From an uncultured virus (IMG/VR IMGVR_UViG_3300020036_003824) (lineage: Duplodnaviria; Heunggongvirae; Uroviricota; Caudoviricetes): a DNA stretch of 64,000 nt. The position numbers were made by a program, and so were the translations under genes. The DNA is taken from the IMG/VR virus record IMGVR_UViG_3300020036_003824; one strand, given 5' to 3'. Below are positions 55,657-64,000 of this stretch, in pieces. Every line of letters begins with the position of its first letter. Position 1 is the first letter of the stretch. Below the pieces are notes generated by a model. That model saw nothing but the letters and a program-made list of their open reading frames with translations. It was not told where the DNA came from and ran no database searches.

Positions 55657-57492
55657 TTATTGTTGCTGATTCTGGTTGAGCGCGGGTGCATTTCCTGCGA
55701 GTTGCTGTTTTATCAGCAGTACCTGCGCGTCGATCAGTTTCTTTTGGTCTATACGCGGCATGTCGTAGAAGTTGGGGTTCTCCGAAAGTATCACCTCCAT
55801 GATGTCGGACTTATTCAGGAAAAACAACTTCTTATCTTCCGGCACAAGCGCATTGTTCAGGGCGACAATGATCTGCGCTTCCGTCATGCCCCGGAACGGA
55901 TTGTGCTGATCGTCGATTTGCGCGCGTCTGAGCGCTTCGGGATCATCTTGCAGCATGACTTCCATGATTCGCAGTTGCAGGATCGCACAGGCGTCCGTGC
56001 TTGCCCCTGCCGTTCGTGCGGCGGTCAGTTCGTCGAACAGGTCGTATACCGTCTCAAAACGCAGATTGGATGGAATGATCGGCTTTGCCATGCCGCCGGC
56101 TACTTTGACAGCGGAAGCGATTGCGCGTGACAGTTCAGAGCATACGGAAGAAATGTGATTGGAATAGGGCCAAAGCGCATCATTCACGCCCTGTTCCGCC
56201 CGGCTGTGAAAACGCGCCGTCTGCGCCACTTCGCTTTTCGTGGTCAGTTCCGAATTGTAAACTGCCAGGTTGGCTTTTTCTATCCACTTATCCCAAAGAG
56301 TGATGAGCAGCGCGGCGGCTTCCGGCGGGAAGTGTATGTATGCCAGCATTCCCGACAGTTCAACTATCAGTTCTTCCTTCGAATCCGGCATATCCACCGT
56401 AATTTCTTCCTGCACCGACGTAGGCCGGTTTTTCCTGCCCGTACCGCCGCATACCTTGCAGGCTGTGCCGTCGGATCGTTCCCCTCCGATACAGTCTTTT
56501 GCCCCGCATTTATCCGCAAACCGGATCGGGATAGGACTTGCAACGAGCGCAGCCGTCAGATCGACCTCACTGTTTGTTTTCAGCAGTTTCTTTGCGAAGG
56601 GAAGGGCAGCATGAAAGATGGAAAGTTTTGTCGCCCCGTCGTCGATCGGATTGTCGATGTACCCCGTACGCACGGCAGGTGTTTTGGCGTACCCGTGCGG
56701 GATTGGGATGACAGCCTCGTAAATCCGGTTGTCGATCTGTACCAGGTACCCGTTTTGGATAGTAACATTCAGCGGGAACATCTCGTTTTTGCCGGGCGCG
56801 TTCCGCATGGAGATGTACGTCTGTGCCAGCCGTGGCGGCAACTCTTGCAGCACAACCGTTTGCAGCGGGCGGTACATGGTCAGGCGCTCCAGTTTGTAGC
56901 GTGTCCCGTCTTCATCCTGCTCAACGATTTGACGGCAACACAGGTACAGCAGTTCGGATTGTTTGTACTGGAAATCGACTGCCATTTCTGCCGTCACCTC
57001 GAAAGGGTAAGGCTTCGCGTTGTTTTTATTGTTGTCGAAGTCTTTCCACTCCACGACTGAAAAGCAGTTCGGGTCGTAGATATTCCAGTAGCGCACCCGC
57101 TCAAAGCAGTACGGGAAAAGCCCCTTCGTGCCGAATGCGGAAAGAACGTTGCGGTTAAATTCGTTTGCCCGCTTTCCATCTTCGTCACCATCGACGACGA
57201 CATACTGCTTCCAGTTGGAGCGCTCGATCTTTGCGACCGGCTTTTCCAGCATCATGCCAAGCGCACTTTGCACTTCCGCCGTTATTTCTTTGCGCTGTAA
57301 AAAGAGTTCGTCGGATTCGCGGCGGGTAAATATGCGCATGTACTTGTCCAGGTTCACCCCGCCAAAGTATGCTTTCAGTTCGGCCCCGTACTCAACCGTC
57401 CATGCGTATCCGGGATGGTAGGACGTGGCGCCGTACCTGGCGATGTTGAAAAGGTGGTTGAGCGCTTCGTTATTCGTCATTATGGCTGCCAT
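55657..57492 (-). CDS. Portal protein with zinc-finger-like insertion
   Basis: 611 aa directly after TerL; internal CGAKDC...CKVCGGTG. Confidence 0.8.
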   Translation of the reverse strand: MAAIMTNNEALNHLFNIARYGATSYHPGYAWTVEYGAELKAYFGGVNLDKYMRIFTRRESDELFLQRKEITAEVQSALGMMLEKPVAKIERSNWKQYVVVDGDEDGKRANEFNRNVLSAFGTKGLFPYCFERVRYWNIYDPNCFSVVEWKDFDNNKNNAKPYPFEVTAEMAVDFQYKQSELLYLCCRQIVEQDEDGTRYKLERLTMYRPLQTVVLQELPPRLAQTYISMRNAPGKNEMFPLNVTIQNGYLVQIDNRIYEAVIPIPHGYAKTPAVRTGYIDNPIDDGATKLSIFHAALPFAKKLLKTNSEVDLTAALVASPIPIRFADKCGAKDCIGGERSDGTACKVCGGTGRKNRPTSVQEEITVDMPDSKEELIVELSGMLAYIHFPPEAAALLITLWDKWIEKANLAVYNSELTTKSEVAQTARFHSRAEQGVNDALWPYSNHISSVCSELSRAIASAVKVAGGMAKPIIPSNLRFETVYDLFDELTAARTAGASTDACAILQLRIMEVMLQDDPEALRRAQIDDQHNPFRGMTEAQIIVALNNALVPEDKKLFFLNKSDIMEVILSENPNFYDMPRIDQKKLIDAQVLLIKQQLAGNAPALNQNQQQ

Positions 57493-58888
57493 TGCTGCTT
57501 AATAGTTTCTCAAACCGTTTGTATTGCGATTTGAGTATGTAGGTTACCAAATACCGCAGAGCGTCCGACGTATGGCCGTAACGCTCGAATGATACCCCGC
57601 CTTCCGTTACCCTTTGTTTCAGCACCCCGCCATTTGCGTCCTGTTTGATGTAAAGCAAATCCTGTATGAGATGATAGCAGTCCCGGTCGATAATCAGTTC
57701 AACGCCCGGCACACGCCCTTCGAAGATTGCGCACAAAAATAACACACTTTTACGGACTTCCGGGTTTTGCGCCTGAATCCGTAAAGAATTGCTATCCGCT
57801 TTTGTCCATAATGCCGCTTTTGCGATCTGGTAATCCGATCTTGCCGCCCTCGTATCGCGTTTATTGCCCGAAGCATCGCCGTAAATGTACACTTTGTCGA
57901 TCTTATCTGCCCAATCGATCAGGAAGTCTTCACAAAGCGCCTGTGTTGTAGAGCGCGGGTTTTTCAGGCAGTATTCCTTCAGTATGCGTATTTGCAGCGT
58001 TCCGTCTTCCTTATACCTGCACTGGCAAACAAGCAGTGTGATGTATGGAACTACGTTTTGGTCAAAAGACAGGTGCAGCACAGGTACCGATGGATCGAAG
58101 AGCAGTGAGGCCGTATGTTTACCCTGGTCGAACGAATAGAACGCTTCGTTACCCGTACGCGCTACCGCATCATAATCGCCGTCAAGCAGGCGCTGACGTT
58201 CAAGCAGTGGCAACTTTTCCAGTTGCTTGCGGTATGCCTTTCTAAATTCAGGATCCGGATTGTCTGAAAGCAGCGATCGGATAACCATTTGGTAATCCTT
58301 CAGAGAAACGATGTTGCCTTTTTCGTCTTTGATGTATCGCTTTCGTGTCCATCCGGGGTCAGGGTTTCCGGTAAGCAGCAGTTTTGGCGCATTGAAAGGT
58401 ACCTGCCCCAGTTTGTAGCGGATACGGCTTGAAATGATGTCAATGATATGCTCTTCCACTTCCGGCGATTCATCCACCGCCGCGTCGGTCAATTCCAGCG
58501 AGCCGAAGTTATGCGAATTGGGATTCGATGGTTGATAGGAAAGGGCTTTTAGCAGCGTCTCGCTGCCGTTGCTCCAAAATATCTCATTCTCACCTCCCTT
58601 CCTCCATGTAACGCCCATTTGGTTGTATTTCCATACCGCTTCCCATCTTTCCTGAAAGGTCTTCCACGTGGTCGTCATCAGGTCGGTGAACTGCTTACGC
58701 CCGATCAGGCCGCGTGTGCCGGGATACATCAAACGTCGGTAGATATGCCAGTCGCAGAGAAGGCGGGATTTGCCACCTCCAGCCGCACCGCCGTAGAACA
58801 ACTCTTCTATCGACGGGTCGTTTTCCAGATATTCCCATGCCAGACTTTGCTTATAGGAAAGGTCTACGTTCAGTATGTTAGCGCCCAT
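57470..58888 (-). CDS. terL: Terminase large subunit
   Basis: YGGAAGGGKS, AAVDE, LTGNP, LSFD, YGDASG, HTSDALRY. Confidence 0.95.
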   Translation of the reverse strand: MGANILNVDLSYKQSLAWEYLENDPSIEELFYGGAAGGGKSRLLCDWHIYRRLMYPGTRGLIGRKQFTDLMTTTWKTFQERWEAVWKYNQMGVTWRKGGENEIFWSNGSETLLKALSYQPSNPNSHNFGSLELTDAAVDESPEVEEHIIDIISSRIRYKLGQVPFNAPKLLLTGNPDPGWTRKRYIKDEKGNIVSLKDYQMVIRSLLSDNPDPEFRKAYRKQLEKLPLLERQRLLDGDYDAVARTGNEAFYSFDQGKHTASLLFDPSVPVLHLSFDQNVVPYITLLVCQCRYKEDGTLQIRILKEYCLKNPRSTTQALCEDFLIDWADKIDKVYIYGDASGNKRDTRAARSDYQIAKAALWTKADSNSLRIQAQNPEVRKSVLFLCAIFEGRVPGVELIIDRDCYHLIQDLLYIKQDANGGVLKQRVTEGGVSFERYGHTSDALRYLVTYILKSQYKRFEKLLSSNGSHNDE

Positions 58889-59308
58889 TTATTCCTCTTG
58901 TGGGGGCTGTGACTGCAAACGAACGGTTATAATGGTAGGGATTAAGGCTTCGCCGTCTTTGCCCGTATGCTCGTTAACCTGTTTTGGTTTTCCGTGCGCC
59001 CTGTTCAACTGCTTGTCGATGAAGTCGCCTATCTCTTTGTCTGTGGCAGTTACTAACCTTCGGGATATTCTTTGCACATAGATAGGCTGCTTTGCGTCCT
59101 CTGCCAATTGCTTTACCCGGTCTTTATTAAGGTTCAAAAGAAGGGAGATAACGTCCGATATTTGGCCGTTTGTCACACCCTCGTAACCTTCCTCTTTTAG
59201 TTGGGCGATAAGTGAGGACACGAGTTTTTTAGGGCGGCCAGGGCTTAATTGGTCGCCTTTTTCAAACCTGTTTAGTTTCCCGCCGTGAGGCTGCTCTACC
59301 TTTTCCAC
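58889..59308 (-). CDS. terS: Terminase small subunit
   Basis: FEKGDQLSPGRPK and RAHGKPKQVNEHTGKDG; directly upstream of TerL. Confidence 0.8.
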   Translation of the reverse strand: MEKVEQPHGGKLNRFEKGDQLSPGRPKKLVSSLIAQLKEEGYEGVTNGQISDVISLLLNLNKDRVKQLAEDAKQPIYVQRISRRLVTATDKEIGDFIDKQLNRAHGKPKQVNEHTGKDGEALIPTIITVRLQSQPPQEE

Positions 59309-59313
59309 CTTAT

Positions 59314-60369
59314 TTATGCCTTATTTATTTTGATTAACCATTGAATCCAAATTTGATGCGCTATTTGCGCAGTCATTACTGGGGGAACGGACATGCCGAT
59401 TAAGTAACGAGCATGTAACCCTTTAAAATTATAATCTATTGGATAGCTACCACACAAACAACATTCTTTATCATTTATTTGACGTGGCAATTCATACAGC
59501 ATAAAACTACCACCTTGACTATTGATTGTAGGGCAAACTTCATCAGAATGTAAAATTGGATTAGTAAAGCCAGATAATCGGCTTTCTAATCTCATAACAG
59601 TATCTCCGTTTGATTTGTCTGATTTTATTCTATTTTTCCATAAATACAATTGCCTTTCCGTTAAATCTGAAACGTTGTTTTTTTCAATTATTTCAGAAAA
59701 CAAAATCGCTTCTTCGTTAAACGCCAATTCCAACTTCGGCAACAAAAACTCCTTTTTATGCCCAATAAAAAACACTCTTTCTCTTTTTTGCGGCACGCCC
59801 ATTGATGCAGCATTAAGACAAAACACCTGCACCCTATATCCCGCCTCGGTCATCCGTGCTACAATCTGCTTTGAATAGTATTTTGCGTTGCCTTGTATTA
59901 TTCCCTTCACATTTTCCAGCAAACAAACTTTAGGCCGTAGTTTTTTAATAGTTTCAATGTAGACAAAAACCAGGTCATCCAAAGTTTGTTTTGCCTGACC
60001 TTCACGGAAAACCTTTTCTTTGCCCCATGCGCTTTCCCGGCTTCCTGCCATTGAGAACGTAGAACACGGCGGCGAACCGTCTAAAATGTCAAGATTGTAA
60101 AGTTCCTCGGGTAAATTTTCGCGCTCGTTAAATTTCCGTATATCTTCAACAAACAAGTGTTTAGGCTTATGGTTGCCCTGATATACATCCGCCACCTTTG
60201 GGTCAATTTCAACACCCCCAAAATGCGTAAACCCGGCCAATTTGTAGCCCATTGTAGAACCGCCCCCACAAATAAAAGTACCAAACACTTTGCAGCCGTT
60301 TGGTTCAATTCCTTTTGCCGGATAACCGTCCGACAAGTTCCATTTATACGGAAATTTGTGTTCCTGCAT
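59314..60369 (-). CDS. C5 cytosine DNA methyltransferase
   Basis: FICGGG, GSPPCSTFS, ENVKG, QKRERVF, IGMSVPP. Confidence 0.95.
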   Translation of the reverse strand: MQEHKFPYKWNLSDGYPAKGIEPNGCKVFGTFICGGGSTMGYKLAGFTHFGGVEIDPKVADVYQGNHKPKHLFVEDIRKFNERENLPEELYNLDILDGSPPCSTFSMAGSRESAWGKEKVFREGQAKQTLDDLVFVYIETIKKLRPKVCLLENVKGIIQGNAKYYSKQIVARMTEAGYRVQVFCLNAASMGVPQKRERVFFIGHKKEFLLPKLELAFNEEAILFSEIIEKNNVSDLTERQLYLWKNRIKSDKSNGDTVMRLESRLSGFTNPILHSDEVCPTINSQGGSFMLYELPRQINDKECCLCGSYPIDYNFKGLHARYLIGMSVPPVMTAQIAHQIWIQWLIKINKA

Positions 60370-60901
60370 TTTCCAGTAGTTTTAACAGGGCATCTTCCGG
60401 CGTATCTGCAATTTCAGATAATGCGGCTTTTATTTCAAAAAACTGTGAAGGTTGAAATTTAAAAGTAAGTGTCATTTCATCCTCCATTTCATCGGTATCA
60501 ATCTCTTTGTTTTTGTCTGAAAAATCCTGATCTCCAAATACCGGCAAATCCACGCCCCATTCCTGCAACTCTTCCGCGTCCCATTCATTCGCCAGCGCGT
60601 CCATATCAAAATCTCCAAAACCAACATTATCAACGACGATAAACCGGCGTTGCTGATCTTCCGTTAACTCACTTGCTCGAATGATCGTTACCTCTTTCAT
60701 CCCGGCTTCTATGCAAGCCCTTAAACGCATATTGCCGCCAAGAACCTCTAACTGGTCATTGACGACAATAGGCCGTATTTCGAGCATTTGCGGAAAGTCC
60801 TTTACTGACTGCACAAGTTTATGAAACTTATCATCCCGGATCGTTCGCGGGTTTGCCGGATTTGGCTTTAGTTTCTTTATGTTTATCGTTTCCGTGTTCA
60901 T
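60344..60901 (-). CDS. ParB-like N-terminal domain protein
   Basis: LKPNPANPR...RPIVVN...LGGNMRLRAC. Confidence 0.85.
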   Translation of the reverse strand: MNTETINIKKLKPNPANPRTIRDDKFHKLVQSVKDFPQMLEIRPIVVNDQLEVLGGNMRLRACIEAGMKEVTIIRASELTEDQQRRFIVVDNVGFGDFDMDALANEWDAEELQEWGVDLPVFGDQDFSDKNKEIDTDEMEDEMTLTFKFQPSQFFEIKAALSEIADTPEDALLKLLENAGTQISV

Positions 60902-61152
60902 TTGTTTGGGTATTTAGGCATATAGGCCCAAAATTCAATATCTTGTGTGTCTATCGGTAAAGCGTCATCAGAATAAAAGCGCTTTGCGTGTGTTTCAAAT
61001 TTGGCAGATACAACTATTCCCCGGAATCCAATAAGAACATCAACTAAGTCCAGTGCTGCATCCAATGTGCTTTGCGCTTCCGGCAACATCCATTCCGGTT
61101 TGTTCCATGTGAGCGGAACCGTTCTTTGCATTAATTCGGCTGTGTCGTTCAT
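60898..61152 (-). CDS. Hypothetical protein
   Basis: Coupled ORF ending WAYMPKYP. Confidence 0.6.
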   Translation of the reverse strand: MNDTAELMQRTVPLTWNKPEWMLPEAQSTLDAALDLVDVLIGFRGIVVSAKFETHAKRFYSDDALPIDTQDIEFWAYMPKYPNK

Positions 61153-61520
61153 AATTTTACCGGGTTACCCAAAAGTGATTTTTTGACATTTTTCAAAGTT
61201 CTTATCATCACGTCAACGGATTCGACTTTATCGAATTTGAGGCAAACTTTTATGCCTTCGATGTCGTCTGTGGTTTCTCCGGGGCCTATAGGCTTCTTTG
61301 TCCCTATCGGGGTTTGTGTTTGTTGCCCCAAATAGATAAGATTGTACGTTTCCTCATCTGGCATTTTTGACAACGTTATACCGATGTCTCCATAGCCAAA
61401 CTCAACTACCTCGACTTGGTGGATTCCGATTTGTATTCTTTCTATTGGCATAATTTCCGTTTTTACTTCACAAAGATACACTATTTCAGTCTTTTGATAG
61501 GGTTTTGATATTGAACGCAA
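61149..61520 (-). CDS. Hypothetical protein
   Basis: ORF, start uncertain. Confidence 0.55.
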   Translation of the reverse strand: MRSISKPYQKTEIVYLCEVKTEIMPIERIQIGIHQVEVVEFGYGDIGITLSKMPDEETYNLIYLGQQTQTPIGTKKPIGPGETTDDIEGIKVCLKFDKVESVDVMIRTLKNVKKSLLGNPVKL

Positions 61521-61736
61521 ATAACGCGCCGAAAAAGAGGATGAGTTAGAGGGTCATACATGAATAAGATCAAGTAGTCCAACGCCTTTCCGCGACCTTA
61601 ATCTTTCCTCTGAATCGTAATACCATATTTCAGAAACGCCCATATTGTAAGATAGCCCCTGAAAGGTATAAACTTCCTGACTATCAAAAAACCTAAACCT
61701 TTGACCTGTACTAAATGCTTGTGCTGACATATTCGT

Positions 61737-62006
61737 TTATTTTATTGGCTCAACCGTTGGCCCTTCATTTTCGGGATGCGACCATTCGAAATTCCCGGCT
61801 CTGACTTTCTGCGAGGTTAGCGCGTTCCACGCTTCGGAAGCGTCGCACCATTCGGTAACAGATTCTTTTTGGATGTTAAGAATTTCTGGCCTGCCTAAAT
61901 CGGTGTAAAGGAACACTACTAAATGCTTTTTTACTACGCCTTGCCTTAGCGCGCCGGTTCCCGGGTGCTTAAAAATGATCTGTTGCCCTTCCCTTAATTT
62001 TGCCAT
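61737..62006 (-). CDS. Hypothetical protein
   Basis: 89-aa ORF. Confidence 0.6.
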   Translation of the reverse strand: MAKLREGQQIIFKHPGTGALRQGVVKKHLVVFLYTDLGRPEILNIQKESVTEWCDASEAWNALTSQKVRAGNFEWSHPENEGPTVEPIK

Positions 62007-62054
62007 AGTTGTAAGGTTTGTTCGATTTGATAAATTGTGAGATTCGCCCGGTTT

Positions 62055-62315
62055 TTAGGCCGTTTCGTTGGTCTTATGATGGGAAATGATATTTTCACTG
62101 TCGTTCCTTTCTTCGATGGTGCCATAGTATCTTATGTTTGTTTCGGCCTCTATGCTGGCAAGTGATGAGGCGTGTAATTCATCCGCAACTATCAGGCCGT
62201 TTTGATAATTATGCTCACAAATAGAACACGGTTTACCCTTATTGCCTTTGCAGCCGTTTCGCTGCCTGAATACCGGCTTTCCGATATGGTCGATGAAAAA
62301 TTGTAGGCGGGTCAT
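62055..62315 (-). CDS. Hypothetical Cys-containing protein (its 5' part is also at 1-119)
   Basis: 86-aa ORF. Confidence 0.65.
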   Translation of the reverse strand: MTRLQFFIDHIGKPVFRQRNGCKGNKGKPCSICEHNYQNGLIVADELHASSLASIEAETNIRYYGTIEERNDSENIISHHKTNETA

Positions 62316-62392
62316 TTGCGGTGTGAAATTATTGCGCCGACCAATCCAAATGTATACACAAAGACAAGTATCACAATTAGTATTTTTATCAT
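62312..62392 (-). CDS. 26-aa transmembrane peptide (allele-specific)
   Basis: MIKILIVILVFVYTFGLVGAIISHRK with ATGA overlaps at both ends. Confidence 0.6.
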   Translation of the reverse strand: MIKILIVILVFVYTFGLVGAIISHRK

Positions 62393-62637
62393 CCTGCTTT
62401 TATTTTATCCCTCAATACCGCCGCCCGTTCGTAATCTTCCGATTCGATTGCCCGGCGTAGTTGAGACTGTAAAGAATTGTCAGGCTTTTCAAAAGCGCAG
62501 CCGATGGTGAATGATATTGCGCCCATTATTTGCAGCCACATTGCCAGGCGTTCCATTTCCTCCCTTTCTTTTTGTAGCCGCTTTCTTTTGTGGCGAAGGA
62601 AAAAGAGTTTGATTTTTCGGTATAGGTTCATTCCCAA
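62389..62637 (-). CDS. UVR-motif protein, second allele
   Basis: Homolog of 424-672. Confidence 0.75.
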   Translation of the reverse strand: MGMNLYRKIKLFFLRHKRKRLQKEREEMERLAMWLQIMGAISFTIGCAFEKPDNSLQSQLRRAIESEDYERAAVLRDKIKAG

Positions 62638-62855
62638 AATCCTTGTTTAATAAATTTTCCGTTTGCATCAAAAATCACGTCCGAACGAAAAGGCGTGTAG
62701 CCATCAAAGTCGCTATTTTCTTCGTCCGGTTCGGCCCACATGGTAATAACTATTTTTGCATTTGGATAGCGGCGAATATCATCCTGGATTTCTTTTGGCT
62801 TCAATTCTATGCCAAAGGACTTATAAAGATCAATAAATTTTTGTAGGTCTGTCAT
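62628..62855 (-). CDS. Hypothetical protein, second allele
   Basis: Homolog of 663-890. Confidence 0.75.
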   Translation of the reverse strand: MTDLQKFIDLYKSFGIELKPKEIQDDIRRYPNAKIVITMWAEPDEENSDFDGYTPFRSDVIFDANGKFIKQGFWE

Positions 62856-63337
62856 TCTCCTGGAAAGTTAAGGTTTGCAAATTCGCCAAATAACTCTTTG
62901 GCCTTTTGATCGTAAGCGCGGGCGGCCTGTTCGGGGGTGTTGTATGTGCCTATGTAAAGCCTTATCCCGTTAGCCATTAATTTTGACTGCCATCTTCCAG
63001 CAGGCGTTCTGTATGCGCCTTTAAGGCCATGTACATTTTCTTTACGGGGCTTTCTATTCATAAGGTTTTGAGCCTGGCTACAAAGCCTTAAATTTTCGCG
63101 TCTGTTATCGAGTTGATTTCCGTTAATGTGGTCAACTTTTATATTTATATCCGTAACCCCCATTATTTGCCTGTGCAAATATATATTGCCGTTCTTTCCG
63201 AATTCAGTGGGCTTGTACCTCTTTATGTATATTCCATGTCTCCGAACGTCTACAAACCACCTGTACTTCATCAACTCTTCAAAATCGCAGTCATCAACTA
63301 AAGCGAAATAACCCTTTGTAAGTGGTACCTGTTTCAT
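62852..63337 (-). CDS. HNH-AP2 endonuclease, second allele
   Basis: Homolog of 887-1372, same length. Confidence 0.9.
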   Translation of the reverse strand: MKQVPLTKGYFALVDDCDFEELMKYRWFVDVRRHGIYIKRYKPTEFGKNGNIYLHRQIMGVTDINIKVDHINGNQLDNRRENLRLCSQAQNLMNRKPRKENVHGLKGAYRTPAGRWQSKLMANGIRLYIGTYNTPEQAARAYDQKAKELFGEFANLNFPGE

Positions 63338-63347
63338 AAAAAAGAAA

Positions 63348-63424
63348 GCGCCATACAAAAAACGATATGTATCAGATACCGAAAATGTATAGCGCAATTT
63401 GTCTTTGCCGATCTGATACATCGG
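63348..63424 (-). ncRNA. Kissing-loop leader RNA, second allele
   Basis: Loops GTATCAG (63369-63375) and CTGATAC (63413-63419). Confidence 0.7.
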
Positions 63425-63448
63425 TTGCCGTTTGGCTTTCCAAAGATA

Positions 63449-64000
63449 CTATTTCTTTTTCAAACTTTCAACATAATTTTTAACCGCATACCAAGACGGT
63501 TTTTCGCTCCATCCGCTTTCTTTGTTTCTCAAAACCCCACTACTTTGCCACAAACCGCCATTACTTCCGGGTTCGTCGGCTGCCATGAAAACGTAGCACC
63601 TCGTTACCCCGGCTTTGAAATATTCTTTGTAGGTTTCTACGATCAATTTGCCTTGCGCTTCTTCATCGGTCATTCCCGGCAGGGTTATGTGCATCCAAGA
63701 CGGCCCGCGTGAATCAGCGCCAAATTCTGTTAACCATGTTTCTAAACCTAAACTTTTGCCCCATGCCACAACTTCATAAACGGTTGGGAAGTCTTTATCT
63801 TCACTTGGTAGGCAAGCGCTTGAGTTTTTCCACGTCGGCGGGTGAACGCCTTTCAGATTGAATTTGCTGGAATAATGGTGAATTGACAATGCATCTGACT
63901 GGAAAGGTAAACCCAATTGATCGAATTTGGCCTTCATTGCTTTCAGGTAGGGCAACTCAAAATTAGTAGTCCCGCCCATTATTACCTTTATATTCGGGTC
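63449..64000 (-). CDS. GH-A-like glycoside hydrolase, diverged second allele (5' end outside window)
   Basis: IHHYS...CLPSEDKDF...TWLTEFGAD aligns with the C-terminal half of 1484-2836. Confidence 0.7.
   Translation of the reverse strand, partial: DPNIKVIMGGTTNFELPYLKAMKAKFDQLGLPFQSDALSIHHYSSKFNLKGVHPPTWKNSSACLPSEDKDFPTVYEVVAWGKSLGLETWLTEFGADSRGPSWMHITLPGMTDEEAQGKLIVETYKEYFKAGVTRCYVFMAADEPGSNGGLWQSSGVLRNKESGWSEKPSWYAVKNYVESLKKK

Noticed and set aside
60344..60901. ParB-like gene as a plasmid partition system
   Set aside because: Only the N-terminal ParB-like domain is present, in its common position beside methyltransferase and terminase genes; no ParA was found.

Overview
This window holds an apparently complete dsDNA tailed phage genome of about 62.2 kb, siphovirus-like (terminase, portal, capsid, tail tube and tape measure; no sheath gene). 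The host is probably Bacteroidota, inferred from TAnnTTTG/TTTG promoters, Gln(+1) signal peptides and an EAD11-like domain. Almost all genes are on the - strand, apart from a + strand island at 16.9-22.4 kb. Bases 1-121 recur exactly at 62197-62317, and the rest of the window then repeats the first ~2 kb as a diverged allele, so the window is about one genome turn plus a variant copy. I recognised no integrase, reverse transcriptase or CRISPR array. Main unexplained signals: (i) a 752-bp cassette bounded by two homologous attC-like hairpins that has split an XRE regulator gene; (ii) fibre-like and capsid-adjacent proteins plus a subtilisin that all carry Sec signal peptides; (iii) a phage EAD11-like protein, possibly a decoy for host conflict systems; (iv) kissing-loop and c4-like leader RNAs, with covariation between the two alleles; (v) a five-member operator/promoter regulon; (vi) an initiator-type tRNA. 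All family names come from motif recognition by eye, not from database searches.
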